A DNA stretch of 63,111 bases, the filler included, from Licmophora abbreviata (lineage: Eukaryota), in the NCBI GenBank assembly GCA_900291995.1. It is 14 parts of 14 records of this genome, joined end to end, with 100 filler letters (N's around TTAATTAATTAA, not from the genome) between each part and the next. Parts side by side here need not be neighbours in the genome. Positions count along the whole stretch, not along the records: positions 30,895 to 37,326 come from OLMU01000448.1; positions 37,427 to 43,409 come from OLMU01000449.1; positions 43,510 to 47,196 come from OLMU01000450.1; positions 47,297 to 49,377 come from OLMU01000451.1; 10 more parts are not named here. One strand, 5' to 3'. Positions 35,799 through 48,214 of the stretch are shown one piece after another. The position numbers and the translations under genes were made by a program. Within the stretch, counting starts at the first letter, position 1. The number at the start of each line of letters is the position of its first letter. The notes below the pieces were generated by a model. It was not told the DNA's origin and did not search any database. It was given only the letters and a program-made list of their open reading frames with translations.

Positions 35799-37326
35799 TC
35801 AATTCGCGACAGCACCAACCAGCATTTCCTGCTCAAGTGCCTTCCTCTCTTTACTGCTCTGGAGTACAATCTCGCGCATGGCACGTGACAGAGGACCAAG
35901 TCCGTCTCCTGTCACCCCGGCACTGATTCCAAACACAGGATTGTCAAACCGGATACCCGCCACTTTTGCCGCGGCGCCCAGCTCGTACAAAATCTCATCC
36001 CGTTCCGTATCTTTCAGCAGATCAATCTTGTTCGCCAGCACTAACGCTGGACGAGTCATCAAGTCGCCGTCACCGTAAGCAGAAAGTTCGTCTGTAAGCG
36101 TCACAAGATCCTGGATGGGATCGCGTCCATCAACACCAGCAGCATCGACAATGTAAACGAGTGCCTTTGTTCGTTCCAGGTGTCGTAAAAAGTCATGGCC
36201 ACGACCTCTCCCTGCTGACGCGCCACCAATGAGCCCGGGTACGTCGGCCACCATAACTTGAAATCCATCCCTGTACTCAATACACCCAACCAAAGGGTGT
36301 AGGGTCGTAAACGGATATGGAGCGATCTCAGGCGTCGCTCGGCTCATGGCCGCCAGAAGAGAGCTTTTGCCGGCGTTCGGAAAGCCGACGGTGGCAATAT
36401 CAGCAATCAGTTTCAGCTCAAGCTCCAAGAATACAGTCTCTCCTTCTACAGCCTTTGCTCGCCGAGCGAGGCTTTGCATTTCAGGAAGAGGGCCTCCTCG
36501 TCTGGCGAGTGAGCAATTTCCGTACCCTCCAGCGCCGCCGCGAGCTACAAGGACATGCGACCCTGGCTTGTCAAGGTCGGCAAGCACGATAGACTCCCGT
36601 TCGGCATGTACAACCTCACTCGAATCTAACGACATCCAGTCGTCGTCTTCTGATGCGACCGCATTTTCTGTAGATACCGACTCGTCGCCAATACCAGGTT
36701 CGACAGGCAAGTTGAGGGGAATCTTCGAATCCTCTTGATTGTTCCAATCCTTACCGTCTGGGGCATATACAAGTTCAACCCTCTGCTCTTCTACTGTATC
36801 CACACCATTGTTCTCTGCGTTGCGAATCTTTGTCACGATGCGTGTCTCTGGATCCCATATTTCATCAAAGTCCAGCACGCGACGCACGACAACTCCACAT
36901 GGAACTCTCAACACCAAGTTTTCCCCGTGCCTGCCATTCATTTCTTGACTACCCCCATTGGCCCCTGATTCAGCCCTGATATGAGGATGAGACCACTTAA
37001 GCGTCTGCTCCTTCGGATCTGCCACGATAATTACATTGCCCCCTCGTCCTCCATGGCCACCATCGGGCTTTCGCTTGAAGGATCGTCCGGGCAGCTGATG
37101 CATCGACAGACATCCCTTGCCTCCTTCGCCGCCCTGGACGCGGATGCGCGCGCGATCAACAAAGCGATAGCTAGGTCTACCTCGAATCTCTTTCTTCTTT
37201 TTCTTCTGCTTCCTATCGTTGGTAGCGGAAGATCCACCATCGCCGCCGGGACGTACGGTGATGCTAATATCGCGGCGCAAGAATAGTGTTTGAAAGAAGG
37301 ACGCAGGAACGACTCGACATCGATTC
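35799..37326 (-). CDS. obg: Obg-family GTPase (ObgE/MTG2-like), probably organellar; 5' end in the gap
   Basis: FVDRARIRVQGGEGGKG, Gly-rich Obg fold, LELKLIAD, GFPNAGKSS, YPFTTL, DVPGLI, FLRHLERT, NKID. Confidence 0.93.
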
Positions 37327-37656
37327 NNNNNNNNNNNNNNNNNNNNNNNNNNNNNNNNNNNNNNNNNNNNTTAATTAATTAANNNNNNNNNNNNNNNNNN
37401 NNNNNNNNNNNNNNNNNNNNNNNNNNAGCCAATTTCAACATTGTCTGCGGGGCTCACTCCATCAGCGGATAGTAAACAAAACGCAAAGAGAGCCCTGATC
37501 TAGTCTATGCCGACGATCAGTTTGCCGGCGTCGCATCACACGTACATGTACATCATCGTCCGGCGGCGTCGCATCTCGTCGCGGCGCAGCATGTTTCACG
37601 CGCGGCGGACGCAGGGCGGACGAGTGAGTAGAGCTAACACAAGTCTAACTTCTAGT

Positions 37657-39195
37657 CTACAGAACTTCTATTCCTCGTTGATGAACGACATCGTATGCTT
37701 CCTGAGTCTCGCATCCAAAGCGTTTGCTTCTTTGTTTTCTCTGATGCAGCACAAGAAGCGAAAGGGAAACGATCGCAAGCGCCACGGCTGCAACGACCAA
37801 GGCCATCATACGGAAGTCCACGCGTTGAGAAGAGAGAGGCTGCGGAGAGTCAAAAGGGAGATGCCTGTAGCATTCTGTCGCCCCAGGGTATTCTTCCAAC
37901 ACAGAAAGAACTCGCGTCTGAAGGATATCCAGTCCGGAGCGGGTGATGTCTGAAGTCGAAAATACAGTCTTTTTCTCGTCGGTGCTGATTGTCACGTCTT
38001 CCTGGTCTAGGGGAGGATCGAATACCAACGGAACCGATTCTAGACCACCACCTTTATGGAGTGTCCACGAAGTTCCACGCCCTTTCAACAAAACTGGATA
38101 AAGAAATGAAAGTTCCACATGACCCGAGGCACTGTCGAACGAAGCGTGAATGGCTGAGCCAGGCGGCGTCGGCACATAGTCATCGGCTTGCACGTACGGT
38201 TCTCCTAATCGCCACTTCACACCGAGGGCCGTCCCTAAAGCGTCCAGGTTCCCATCATGACCGACAAAAAGCGTTGCCGTTGCATCGTAGTCACCCTCCT
38301 GACCCGCCGCCGTAGAGCTGCTCTTGAACTGTCCGTGTTCCAGGGCTTCGAGCGCGGCATGCGCCAATACTGCTCCTTCCGTCGCCGTCTGAGCATTCCG
38401 CACTTTAAGTACACTTCTGGTCCAATGAACCCACGCTAGGAGCTGATAGACTTCTTCAATAGTTGCATTGGGCAAGAACGGTGGGTAGATCCCACTGGCC
38501 CGAGAGTAGAACATCATTTGGGAAAGCACTTTCGCAACATTGACTGCCCCCTCCAGTTTTATGCTATCCTCCTCATTTTTAACCAGTGTGTAGTCAAATG
38601 GCAGAATTGACGTTAGCGGCCCGGCGACACCGACACCTCCGAGCCTGTCGAAGTGTGCCAAGGTAGAGTTCAAGCCCGGGTCTGGAGGGCGTATTCTCTG
38701 CAGCCGTGCCTCGACATCTTGCTTCATTCGCGCATCCGAATACCCCATTTCACAAAGTGGACCTTCCTTCTGATTGGGAGGGTAGTATTTGGAAGCGTTG
38801 AGGGGAGAAAACAAAGCCCTGTTGTAGATTAAGTTCGATAAGCCGTCCACCGATACGCCGGTCGGCACTGCCTTTGCCATGCCTTGCGAAATGGCAAAGG
38901 ATGTGTCCACATCGCGTTGCACCATATCTGTAACAATCTGAACTTTGATCGACCGGACATCGTTGTCGTCTGCCAAGACATTCATCAGAAACGTGCCGGT
39001 GTTCTGCATGATCTTCATGCCTGCCTGGGTGCACCACAGTGGCGGCACGTTCCAGTCGGGCAGTGCGCTCGCAGTAAAGTCAGACACATTCTGCTTGCTG
39101 CCACCGTCATGAAATAGGCTTACATCCGACTCTGTTGAACGCACACAGTGCCGAAACAGGAACACATGATGCCTCCGTCGTTTGCTGGATCCCAT
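37657..39195 (-). CDS. Histidine acid phosphatase/phytase-like protein (branch 2) with C-terminal TM; paralog 2
   Basis: FLFRHCVRS (variant of RHGxRxP), QRDVDTS, FVGHDGNL (HD motif), TPPGS, and a C-terminal TM followed by QRKQR. The start is uncertain; upstream in-frame ATGs exist. Confidence 0.75.
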   Translation of the reverse strand: MGSSKRRRHHVFLFRHCVRSTESDVSLFHDGGSKQNVSDFTASALPDWNVPPLWCTQAGMKIMQNTGTFLMNVLADDNDVRSIKVQIVTDMVQRDVDTSFAISQGMAKAVPTGVSVDGLSNLIYNRALFSPLNASKYYPPNQKEGPLCEMGYSDARMKQDVEARLQRIRPPDPGLNSTLAHFDRLGGVGVAGPLTSILPFDYTLVKNEEDSIKLEGAVNVAKVLSQMMFYSRASGIYPPFLPNATIEEVYQLLAWVHWTRSVLKVRNAQTATEGAVLAHAALEALEHGQFKSSSTAAGQEGDYDATATLFVGHDGNLDALGTALGVKWRLGEPYVQADDYVPTPPGSAIHASFDSASGHVELSFLYPVLLKGRGTSWTLHKGGGLESVPLVFDPPLDQEDVTISTDEKKTVFSTSDITRSGLDILQTRVLSVLEEYPGATECYRHLPFDSPQPLSSQRVDFRMMALVVAAVALAIVSLSLLVLHQRKQRSKRFGCETQEAYDVVHQRGIEVL

Positions 39196-39439
39196 GGTGA
39201 TGAAGATTGTGACGATGATGTTTGAGAATCTGTGAACCGACGAGAATCGAATCTCACGCGAATCTCTGTGATGGAAAAACATTTTTTTAGTGAAGTCGAA
39301 TATGGAATAGACAAAACTGTCATCATTTTCGGTATTCCAAGTTTTGAAGCGACGATGACGACGGGAGACGTTTGACAGGGCTTGGTCTAACATACCGGTA
39401 CCAGTCTAACAAATGGATCCTAAACCATGCCATCATCTT

Positions 39440-40954
39440 TTACAGAAGCTTTAGCTGTTGAGCAACAGTGTCGCTGTTGTCACGTGACTCACAAAGTGTC
39501 CTATCTCTTTGTTTTCTTCGTAGGGACGAAATGTGAACGACAACTTGGACCACAATCACCATCGCGAAAACGAACAAAACCAATCGGAGATCCAAGCGGG
39601 GCGAAAGCGGCGATGTCTCTGAGTGTCCGGAATTCACAGTTACCCTTCCATAGCATTCTACTGCCCCCGGGTACTGTTCCAGTATAGAAAGGAATCTCGT
39701 TCGAAGAACGTCGAGACCTGATGACCGGCCATCGGCTGACGTCGGTATTACGGTTTTCGATCTGCCCGCTGTGTTGATGACGTGATCCTGGTTCAGCGGA
39801 GGATCGAAAATAACCGGTGTAGAGCTGAGATTGCCCTCTTTATGAACTTTCCAAGATTTCCCTTGGCCAGTTAGCAAGACTGGATACAGAAACGACAGTT
39901 CAACATCGCCTGAGCCCGTGTCGTACACGGCATGCATCGCAGATCCAGGAGGTGTTGGCGCATAGTCCTCGACTGGTGCGTACGGCCGGTCTAAACGCCA
40001 CTTCACGCCCAAGACAGTTTCCAGTGTTTCCAAATTTCGATCGTGACCAATGAAAAAGGTAGCAGTCGTATCGTAGGCGTCGTCATCCTTTTCAGAGCGT
40101 TGCTTGTACTGTCCCAGTTGCAAAGCTTCGAACGTAGCATGCATCATCACCGAGCCTTTGGTCGCCGCCTTGACATTTCCAACCCCCAAAATGGCTCTCG
40201 TCCAGTGAACCCAAGCAAGGAGTTGATAGACTGTTTCAATCGTCGCATCGGGCATGAACGGAGGGTCGATTCCGCTCGCGCGGGAAAAGAAAAGCATTTG
40301 GCCAAACATTTTGACAACATTGATCGCACCCTCCAGCGTTGTGCGCTCGTTTTCTTTGTAGACAAGCGTAAAATTAAGTGGTGGGATCGACATAAGAGGG
40401 CCAGCGATACCGACACCTCCAAGTGCATCCAACTGGTCTAAGGTAGCATGTAAACCAGGATCCGGCGGCGGGATCTTCTGCAGTCGCGATGCAGTGTCCT
40501 GTCGTAGTTGTTCCTTTGTAAACTTTGATTCGCAGACCGCACCCTTTGCACCGTCGAGCGGCTCAAACAGTGCCTTATCATAGATGATATCAGTCAGGCC
40601 GTCGACGCGCATGCCTGTCGGTGATGCAATGTCCATGCCTTGCGACACAGCCAAGGTCGTGTCGACGTCGCGTTGCACAACATCCGAAACGAACTGTACT
40701 TTGATAGACTGGACGCCCTCCTCCACAGCCAGAAGATTCATGATGAACATGCCTGTGTTCTTCATGATTTCCTTGCCTTCCTCGGTACAGCAAATTCCAG
40801 GGACGCCCCACTCTGGCATTGCGCTTGCGGTAAAGTCAGACACCTTTTGCACGCTTCCTCCCGATTCATGATGGAGAGGGACGTGTGAGCTTGTCGATCG
40901 CACGCAGTGTCGGAAGAGAAACACATGATGCCGGCGTCGCTTCTGAGGTGTCAT
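39440..40954 (-). CDS. Histidine acid phosphatase/phytase-like protein (branch 2) with C-terminal TM; paralog 1
   Basis: KRRRHHVFLFRHCVRS, QRDVDTT, FIGHDRNL, TPPGS, and a TM followed by RRKQR. Aligns full length with its neighbour. The ORF is open further upstream to 41269. Confidence 0.75.
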   Translation of the reverse strand: MTPQKRRRHHVFLFRHCVRSTSSHVPLHHESGGSVQKVSDFTASAMPEWGVPGICCTEEGKEIMKNTGMFIMNLLAVEEGVQSIKVQFVSDVVQRDVDTTLAVSQGMDIASPTGMRVDGLTDIIYDKALFEPLDGAKGAVCESKFTKEQLRQDTASRLQKIPPPDPGLHATLDQLDALGGVGIAGPLMSIPPLNFTLVYKENERTTLEGAINVVKMFGQMLFFSRASGIDPPFMPDATIETVYQLLAWVHWTRAILGVGNVKAATKGSVMMHATFEALQLGQYKQRSEKDDDAYDTTATFFIGHDRNLETLETVLGVKWRLDRPYAPVEDYAPTPPGSAMHAVYDTGSGDVELSFLYPVLLTGQGKSWKVHKEGNLSSTPVIFDPPLNQDHVINTAGRSKTVIPTSADGRSSGLDVLRTRFLSILEQYPGAVECYGRVTVNSGHSETSPLSPRLDLRLVLFVFAMVIVVQVVVHISSLRRKQRDRTLCESRDNSDTVAQQLKLL

Positions 40955-41284
40955 GCTGAAGATTTTTGAGCAAAGAGACAATGGAGAGGCACAAGCGACA
41001 ATGCATTCAGCGCTCTCTCGGTCGTTGATGCCGCCATTGTGGGGTCGCCGCACGCCGCCGGCTTTTCTGGTCTTGCGTTTTGTCATTGGGCTCGGCGAGC
41101 AAGCCGCCATGCGCTCCAGAGTTCGTATAGAGCGAACAGTCGATGAGTTCTCTGCCGTCTTTGAACCCACTTTGGCGCACCACCTAACTTGAGACTCGTA
41201 ACTCTTGCAGTCTAACAGGGGTACATTATACGCTGGAAGTCTAGAGGCCCCTAATCGGAGCTGACACATCGTCTATCATGATTG

Positions 41285-43866
41285 TCATTTCTTGTGAGGG
41301 CCGTGTCGTGAAGCAAGCGTTCGTTGGACTTCTGCTGGCAATGGATTGAAGCCCTTTCTCAGAAAGACCTCGTTGTTCAAGCACTGACCGTTCTCCGAGC
41401 ACCATCGTTTGATATCCCATTCAGCTTGCACATACTCGTTGTTCGTTAAAACAGTTCGGACAAGCTCGTCGCGCTCTGCTCTAGAGGGTCCGTGCATCAA
41501 TACCACCCAGATATCGACACGCACAGTCCAATCCATAGATCGAATAAACGCCAACGCATCCCCTTGTACCCGAATCACCATGACATCGACATGCGTGATT
41601 CCATACTTTGGAAATATATCTTGCATAGACACGCATGGTATCTCGATTGCCGTAGTCGACCCTATGATAGGCGGAGAATGACTCTCACTCGTCACTTCCA
41701 CACTGCCTCCAACTGCATGAAAATTCCCCTGATCAAACAAAACGTGATCTGCTTCGCAGAATGCTGCATTCTCAGTCGTCGCATTCGGCCTGTTGGCAAC
41801 CAGTTGCGGATATAGATCTGGATGGGCCTCAATCAATAGAGATCGCCACTTTAGGGCTTCTTCAAAGAATAGACTCGACGAATATCGATCTCCATCGCCA
41901 GCTCCGATTTCAACAATGACTTTGCAACACTTGATTGGATTTGTGTAAAAGATTTCGTAGATGGACTCGTCCTCGGCACTCATGGAATGAAAGTCGGCAT
42001 CCTCGTCAAGGATGCAGTGCAGTGGATTACACCCTTCCAGAAACTTGGTGTTGTGATGAGGCACTGGCGCTAGCGTAGGCGGCGGGGACGTCGTCGGTAC
42101 GAATACCGGCGGCCCTGCGTTGCCGGGGAATGCCCATGGCGGGTATCCGCCAGGGTGCCACCACCACGGAGGAGGGTATCCTCGACCGCGGCCACCACCT
42201 CCGCCACCACCATTACCACCCCCTCCTCGACCGCCGCCACCTCCGCCACCCCCTCCACCCCCTCCACCACCTGGAAATGGATACCACCCGCCACCGCCAC
42301 CCCCTCCGTTGCCGCCATTCCCTCCCCCTGCTCCATTTCCACCACCTGTAGAGTTGAACAGTGGACCCAAAAAGGCGTAAGATGCTTCAATCCAACTCAA
42401 ACACCTCGTCCCTACAGTGACGATCTGAGACGTACCTCCTCCGGTGCCACCGGGTTGCCCGGGAGTGCCTCCCGTACCAGGCTGACCTGGAGTTCCTGTC
42501 GAGGTTTGAACAAAACGCGTAAGACTACCTAAGCATCCGACACAGACGATACCCATAAGCAATCGATCAAAACTTACCTGGGGTTCCGGGGGTTGCGGAG
42601 GATGGCACTTGTGGCTGCTGTGGTGTAGTTGGAGGCTGACCTTGTTCTCCTGGGTTCGATGGCGGAGTATTCGACGGTGGTATTGGGACCGACGGTGGAG
42701 CAGGCTGAGGTACAACTGGAGATGCTGGTACGGGAGCCTGTGATACAGCTGGTGAGGGAGCAGCTGGTATACTCGTGGTACCAGGCTCTGACGGGGTCGC
42801 CGGCGTGGTAGGTGGAGCACCTGCGTTGGGAGACGCAGGGGTAATCGTAGGAGCGCTGCCAGGGAATGGGATTGTGGCTACCACAGGAGCGCCAGCGTTG
42901 GGACTGGCTGGATTGATAGAAGGTGACTCTGTCGGGGCACCTTCAGGAAATGGAATCGTCACTACGACTGGCGCGCCAGCGTTGGGACTGGCTGGGTTGA
43001 TCGACGGTGCGTTCGTTGGAAGGCCTTCAGGAAACGGAATCGTCACTACAACGGGAGAACCAGCGTTAGGACTGGCAGGGTTGATCGAAGGGGAGCCCGT
43101 CGGTAACCCTTCAGGAAACGGGATTGTCACAACGACCGGTGATCCGGCGTTTGGACTCGCTGGATCAATAGAAGGAGTACTCGTAGGAAGACCTTCAGGA
43201 AACGGAATAGTCACTACCACCGGCGAGCCGGCGTTTGGACTAGCAGGATTCAGCGAAGGTGCGCCCGTAGCTACCTCGAGAGGCCTTTCGGCAGGAGCAC
43301 GCGTCGCATTTTCTGAAAATGGAATGTTGGCATTGACGGGGCTTCCAGCATTGGGACTAGCGGGATCGAAACTTGGAGATAATGTTGCTGACGGAGGAGC
43401 CGCGGGATCNNNNNNNNNNNNNNNNNNNNNNNNNNNNNNNNNNNNNNNNNNNNTTAATTAATTAANNNNNNNNNNNNNNNNNNNNNNNNNNNNNNNNNNN
43501 NNNNNNNNNCGCACCGTCACCTCCTCCTCCCGAGCTTGGTTCTAGATCAGGTATTTCCGGCACAGTATGGACAACCGTTGTCGACGTCGGCATGGGAACC
43601 ATGGTGAGATCATCGGATGGCGCTTTGGTCGGAATATATGAGAATGCGCCACCTTCATCTTCATCCAGTGGATTGCCTCCCTCATCCCGCCCTGTAAATA
43701 CATCCCGAGTATCACCATCTGCCCCGGAAAGATTGGGCGGCTCGTCCCATTCTCCATTGCTCAAATGAACAACGATGAATATGGACGCGGCCAGAATTCC
43801 AAAGGCAGGAAGTGCCCATTTACGTGAGAGGAAGCTCTGTGTATTGGAAAGGTTCTTGGCACTCAT
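41285..43866 (-). CDS. Type II membrane FkbM/Methyltransf_21-family methyltransferase with a Pro-rich repeat stalk and a Gly/Trp-rich linker; spans a gap
   Basis: N-terminal TM WALPAFGILAASIFIVVHL. Exons 43866-(gap)-42578, 42495-42436, 42345-41285. FkbM-like motifs VEIGAGDGDRYSSSLFFEEALKWRSLLIEAHP...NRPNA...IPCVSMQDIF...ITHVD. Confidence 0.75.
42820..43409 (-). repeat. Coding tandem repeat, 84-nt/28-aa unit (VVVTIPFPEGxPTxxPSINPASPNAGxP)
   Basis: CTTCAGGAAA recurs at 84-nt intervals (about 42941, 43025, 43109, 43193). Seven PASPNAG motifs are visible before the gap. Confidence 0.92.
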
Positions 43867-44359
43867 GATGAGCGAAATTGACTAATTTGTGAGGTTGGTT
43901 CGACGTCAATGACTCGTTGGGCCTTTTTGTGCTCGTGGAAAGACCGCGGCGAACTGTTTTTCGATAGACGAGTCGTTTTGAGTCTCCTAGGAATATTTTT
44001 CCACTCTTCAGTGCAAGAAAATAGTCTATCCGGTAAGATAGTGGGCTAAGTGATGCAGAAGGATCAAGAAGCGGCGCATTCAGCACTTTATCATCCCCAT
44101 GAGCAAAGTGACACACTGTTTCACTGCAAAAATTGTGGCGGGAACCAAAACGTCTCGGTCATTATATCAATTGGGTCATCTAGTAGACCTATCAACAATA
44201 TTCTTTGTATACTATGGTATAATTGGAGGTCATCATAGTGTGCCAGATGTGACGTCTAATGACATTTTTGAAACTCGAAACTCTAAACCTCTTCAATCCA
44301 GATTCATTGATTCACAATGTTTGACGAAGATCCGTCGTCGTGTCGTCATCATCCTGACA

Positions 44360-47196
44360 ATGAACTTTCGGAAACGACCGCGACGCCAAATCGACATCGA
44401 CGACGCCCAAACCATCCTTCACCAAGAAATGAACTGGCCCAGAACCCATGTTGCTCACGAGTCGATGCCTCTGATGGCACGTGATGGGCTTGCCAAACAT
44501 CACCATCATCATAATGACAGAGATGCGCCATCAGATCCATTACGAGCGGCTGGCAGATGGCACTTGAGATTAGTCATTTCATTTCTCATTGTGTTAGCGT
44601 TTTTGATGGTGCTTACGACGGGAATCGTGACGTCGGATACTCATCTCCTGAGATGGTCTACGAGTACGGAAGTCGAGCCGGAAGACCACGGAATAATAAG
44701 CAGCGATACGGTTGCGGCCATGCGACGGGAATGCGACTCGTCGAATTCTTGCTTTGAGAAAGCAGGAATAACGGTGAGGGAGGACCGACTCGGCCTTCCA
44801 TCCTTTTGGAAGTACGCCAACCGCGGTCGAATCGATGTAACCTACGACAAACGATCCCTACTCCTCAATGGAGACCGAACACTGTTTCTCGCCGGGAGTA
44901 TGCACCCTGTTCGTTTGACACCAGCGACATGGGCAGCGGGCCTGGACGAGGCTGTTCGACATGGTCTCAACATGATTACCATTTACGTATTTTGGGCGGC
45001 GCATCAGCCACTCCCTGGCATGGACTTTGACTGGTCGCTTCCCGGTGGACAATGGGACCTTGCGTCGGCAATTCGTGAGGCTGGGAGCCGTGGTCTCTTT
45101 GTACATGCTCGCATAGGCCCATACGTGTGCGCCGAATACAATTATGGTGGAATCCCAGAATGTATGAGAAAGTAGCGTGTGCTTGACGTCGAGCGTGGCC
45201 AACGTTTCGTGTATCCGCTCTCACACTCGCTTGTATCGTCGTTCTCGTGCAGGGGTCCCATTGAATCAGCCCAGAATGTCGATGCGTCGACCGAATCAAC
45301 TGTGGATGGACGCCATGGAAGTTTTTGTCAATGCAACGATCAGCTATCTGACCGACGCTAAGTTGTGGGCACACCAGGGCGGCAATATCATCATCGGGCA
45401 AATAGAGAATGAGCTTGGCGACGAAGAGATGGTTGAAGCGGACTATCCTGTTAGAGTCGAGAACAATATCAGCTCAACGCGGAAAGCCAACATGCAGGAC
45501 TACGCAGATTGGTGCGGTGAGATTGCTTCACGAGCAGCTCCAGATGTCATTTGGACAATGTGCAACGGCTTGACTGCCCGGAACGCCATCAATACGTGCA
45601 ATGGTTACGGGGGAACCGGATGCGCTTCTTCTTGGTTGGAAACGAATGGTCAATCTGGACGCATTCAAGTGGATCAGCCTGCACTCTGGACAGAGAATGA
45701 AGCTGGCTTTCAGATTTGGGGAGAAACACCTACCGATCCATCGGATTACTTTTGGGGGCGGACTGCCCGAGACATGGCAAGGGATGGGTTGAAATGGTTT
45801 GCCCGAGGCGGCACGCACTTGAATTACTACATGTGGCTTGGCGGATACAACCGTGGCAGATCCGCAGCTGCCGGAATCATGAACATCTATGCCAGTGATA
45901 CCGTCATGTGCCCGTCTGGACAGCGCCGGCACCCAAAATTTGGACATCTGCGCGACTTGCACGAATCCATCGCGAGCGTGGCTTCCATTCTACTGAAGTG
46001 CTCATCGGCGCTCAACCACTCACGCCCGCTACCTCACCTTGATCCCGACGGCACGTGGATAGAGGGGCCAAATCAGAGAATGTTTGTGTACTCAGCAGGA
46101 CCGAACACAGAGCTTTTGTTTGTCGAGAATGACGCAGACGAGAAAGCAGTCGTCAACATCCAGTTTGCATCTGGGACGTCAGTACGCCGGTTCAAAATGG
46201 AACCGTTGTCGGCCGCCATGTTTCTGAATGGAATGCTTCAGTTCGACTCGTCCTCAGTGAATCCACAGAGCATGTCGTACAAGCGGTACACGAAGGATCA
46301 TGTTGTGAAAACACTGGGCTGGACATCTTGGGCGGAGCCTATCGGAGCAGCAGATGACGATTCATTTACTTTTGTTGACGTGAAACCGATAGAACAAACA
46401 GATCTGACAGTTTGGTCACAGATAGGGACTGATTATGCCTGGTATGAGACAATATTCTCTCTGGAGAAAGACTTGTACGACGCAGATGTTGTGGTCGAAA
46501 CTCAGAAAGCCAGTGCTGTGACTGTGTTCATTGATGGGGTCTACTCAGGATCTGGCGAAGATCACATGCACGCCGAAGGGAACGTCACTCTATCGACCGG
46601 CGTTGGAAGTCTCACTGCCGGCTCCCACACTCTTTCGATTCTCTCAGAGTCTCTTGGGTATTTCAATTTGGTCGGAAGGTGGGGTGCATCGACCAAAGCG
46701 AAAACGAAAGGTGTCACCGGAGATGTGTTGCTGAAAGGCGGTCTTGTAGGGGAAAGTTCAGTCTCGTACGTTGAAAACTTGGTGGACGGCAGGAACTGGA
46801 GAAGTCGTCCCGGATTACATTACGAGCCGGAAATTGCGGTGCCATTACATGCCTCACGACATGCTCAAACCAGCGACGGTCAAGATCAAAGTTTTTGCCG
46901 TTGGTTTTCAGTACTATTCGACACCCCTCGGTTCGACACCGCGGACGCTTCGTTGTTCCTCGATATAACGATCGGACGCGGTCATATATGGTTGAACGGA
47001 TACAATTTGGGACGGTTCTGGAATATAACACGCAGCGGAACTGATGTTCTTTCTCAGCGATACTACTTTCTCCCACCCGACTTGCTCAGCAAAGATGGAC
47101 ATCTGAACCAGCTCATCCTATTCAACGTCGACGATGGTGATCTGTCCAATACGAACCTTGCCTTGAGTTGGACGGAAGTCAGCATCGATCCAGAAA
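44360..47196 (+). CDS. Glycoside hydrolase family 35 beta-galactosidase with an N-terminal membrane anchor; 3' end in the gap
   Basis: VTYDKRSLLLNG, AGSMH, RIGPYVCAEYNYGGIPEW (intron 45162-45252), QIENE, WTENEAG, NYYMWLGGYN, GRGHIWLNGYNLGRFW, QRYY. Confidence 0.92.
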
Positions 47197-47358
47197 NNNN
47201 NNNNNNNNNNNNNNNNNNNNNNNNNNNNNNNNNNNNNNNNTTAATTAATTAANNNNNNNNNNNNNNNNNNNNNNNNNNNNNNNNNNNNNNNNNNNNATAA
47301 TAGAGAGTGTAAACAGCCATGAAAGCTTGTCGACGCCTAAAACTCACAATGAACGACC

Positions 47359-48214
47359 TTACGCCGACACGCTGACCATAGCGGCCCGGACAAGTTTCTC
47401 GCCAAGAATATATCCTTTCTGAAGTTCCTCACAGACGATACCCTCTTCGTAATCCTCAGAGGGTCTCTGCATGACAGCCTGGTGCACCTCATAGTCAAAC
47501 TCTGTTCCAACAGTCTCAACTTCTGCAACTCCCAATTCCGCAAAGGCACTCGTGATCGTGTCATAGACATTCTTGTACTCTGCTTCGATCACCTTTTCAG
47601 CTTCAGTCTCCGCCTTGACAACGCCAAAGCCCCGATCGAATGTATCGAGCACATCCAGCATCTTTCGAACGACTTGAACAGTAGCCTCGCTGTCCCCTCC
47701 GGATTTTTGCTTCGTCATGCGCTCCTGAATGTTCTTGTACTGTGCACATGCACGAGTTCGATCGATGAAGTTAGACCACGCTGTCCTCTCTTAATGTATT
47801 CAGCTGTCGAGGGACCCATTGACTTACCTCATTCTCAAGATCGTCCAGCTGTGGCCCCCACTCTGCTTTGCCTTCCTGCACCTGTCGGTTAGTCTCTTCG
47901 ATATCTTCGTCGGCCTTGGCAATGTCGCTCTTGAGTACATCGATCTTTCTCCTCAGAAAAGCGGGAGAGCTCAAAATATCCGTTCCGCTAGTGTCATCCT
48001 CGTTTGCTTCTGCTGCTGCCTCTTCGCCCTCGTTTTCTGGCTGCGCCTCGCCTGCCGCCGACTCGTCGGCATGCAGACACGTGGAGGGAAAGGGCGTCAA
48101 AGACGACGACGATGAACGTCCCGCAAAGGCTGTTCTCGTTCCCAATGAGAATCCACTCACGCACGCAACGAAGCAGAAGAGAGCTTGGGCTAGTACGAGA
48201 TTTGTGAATTTCAT
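47359..48214 (-). CDS. grpE: GrpE nucleotide exchange factor, plastid-targeted
   Basis: Signal peptide ending VSG|FSL. Exons 48214-47828 and 47739-47359. MLDVLDTFDR, GTEFDYEVHQAV, ELQKGYILGEKLVRAAMVSV. Confidence 0.92.

Noticed and set aside
42120..43461. Plus-strand poly-Pro and Gly/Val repeat ORFs
   Set aside because: Reverse-complement shadows of the minus-strand Gly-rich and Pro-rich coding repeats; the splice sites support the minus strand.
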